From an uncultured bacterium (GTDB taxonomy: Bacteria; Abyssobacteria; SURF-5): a stretch of DNA of 23,206 bases. This document shows positions 22,724 to 23,206 of this stretch, one piece after another; position 1 is the stretch's first letter; every line of letters begins with the position of its first letter. A program made the translations under genes and the position numbers. Location of the stretch: NCBI GenBank assembly GCA_964510165.1, contig CAZEBC010000047.1, positions 1 to 23,206 of the forward strand. The letters run 5' to 3'. The notes under the pieces were generated by a model that was given only the letters and a program-made list of their open reading frames with translations, did no database searches and was not told where the DNA came from.

Positions 22724-22931
22724 CTGGCCGTACAATCGCTCAACCATGTCGCCGTTATTGTCGGGGACCTCGAACAGGCCCACGACTTCTATGCGGATGT
22801 GCTCGGCCTCAAACCAATCGAAAGCGCGGGGCCTCGCCGTCGAGGAAGCGTTCCCTTTCGGCGCGTTCAAGCGCCGCAGGTTCATCCGCGACGCATGGGG
22901 GAACATGGTGGAGCTGATGTCGCGCACGTAG
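22724..22931 (+). pseudogene. VOC/glyoxalase-family pseudogene with internal deletion and frameshift
   Basis: From CTG 22724: (L)AVQSLNHVAVIVGDLEQAHDFYADVLGLKPIE, a VOC N-terminus. From 22821 in another frame: KARGLAVEEAFPFGAFKRRRFIRDAWGNMVELMSRT*, a VOC C-terminus (D-x-x-GN-x-x-E-L). The middle is missing. Confidence 0.75.
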
Positions 22932-22952
22932 GCGAGGTGAGACAGGCTCCTT

Positions 22953-23202
22953 AACCACGGCGACACAGGAGCACAGAGAGTAAGTGCTCAAAGTGAGCTA
23001 AAGCGCCTGGAGTGCGCCGTGGACGGCATGGACGATGTGGACGCACACAGTCGGACTCCGACGCGCGCGGACTGCCAACGGCCGCAATCGAAGCTCCTCA
23101 CCCTACCCTCTCGCGAGGAGAGAGAGTTGCTGGTCTCTGGTTTCTGGTCTCGGGTTATGGTTGTTTAGTTATAGAGTTGTGCGAATGAATTCGCACCCAC
23201 AG
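22953..23202. repeat. Patchwork of several distinct short tandem repeats and REP-like hairpins
   Basis: CACRGNRR x3 (22956-22979); AAGTG-led 9-10-mers x4 (22982-23018); RTGGACGNN x3 (23019-23045); CCTCACCCTACCCTCTC-hairpin (23096-23122); CTGGTYT heptamers (23130-23157); GTGCGAAT-GA-ATTCGCAC-CCACAG REP (23179-23202). Confidence 0.65.
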
Positions 23203-23206
23203 GGTT

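Noticed and set aside
22586..22966. 126-aa minus-strand ORF and 109-aa plus-strand ORF (22602-22931)
   Set aside because: Better explained as the antisense shadow and the out-of-frame C-terminal piece of the VOC pseudogene; both run through the 22591-22621 palindrome.
22953..23206. CRISPR array or integron attC array
   Set aside because: No constant 23-47 bp repeat with unique spacers, no cas genes, and no convincing RYYYAAC...GTTRRRY attC pairing.

Overview
A GC-rich bacterial chromosomal window with two halves. Bases 1-11.4 kb hold the core transcription/translation cluster on the minus strand (rpoB-rpoC-rpsL-rpsG-fusA-tuf 5' end), detached from the usual upstream rplKAJL genes and with its own consensus sigma70 promoter. 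A divergent operon follows: a YacP/Rae1-like NYN nuclease, topA, xerC and hslV, with no intact hslU. The right third is accessory: an inverted-repeat-bounded ~490 bp gap, an amber-interrupted metallophosphoesterase, a KtrAB K+ uptake pair, an orphan single-domain response regulator, two tandem DUF2148-like Cys-rich paralogues behind a ~240 nt structured leader, a deleted glyoxalase/VOC pseudogene, and patchworks of different short repeat/REP units. The best leads are the DUF2148-like pair with its partly Moco-riboswitch-like leader, the IR-bounded gap with a possible hslU remnant, RpoB Q513H (E. coli numbering) in the rifampicin pocket, an N-terminally extended EF-G, and terminator-like structures inside the str operon. 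No CRISPR array, tRNA, rRNA or transposase was seen. All family assignments come from motif recognition; no database search was run.
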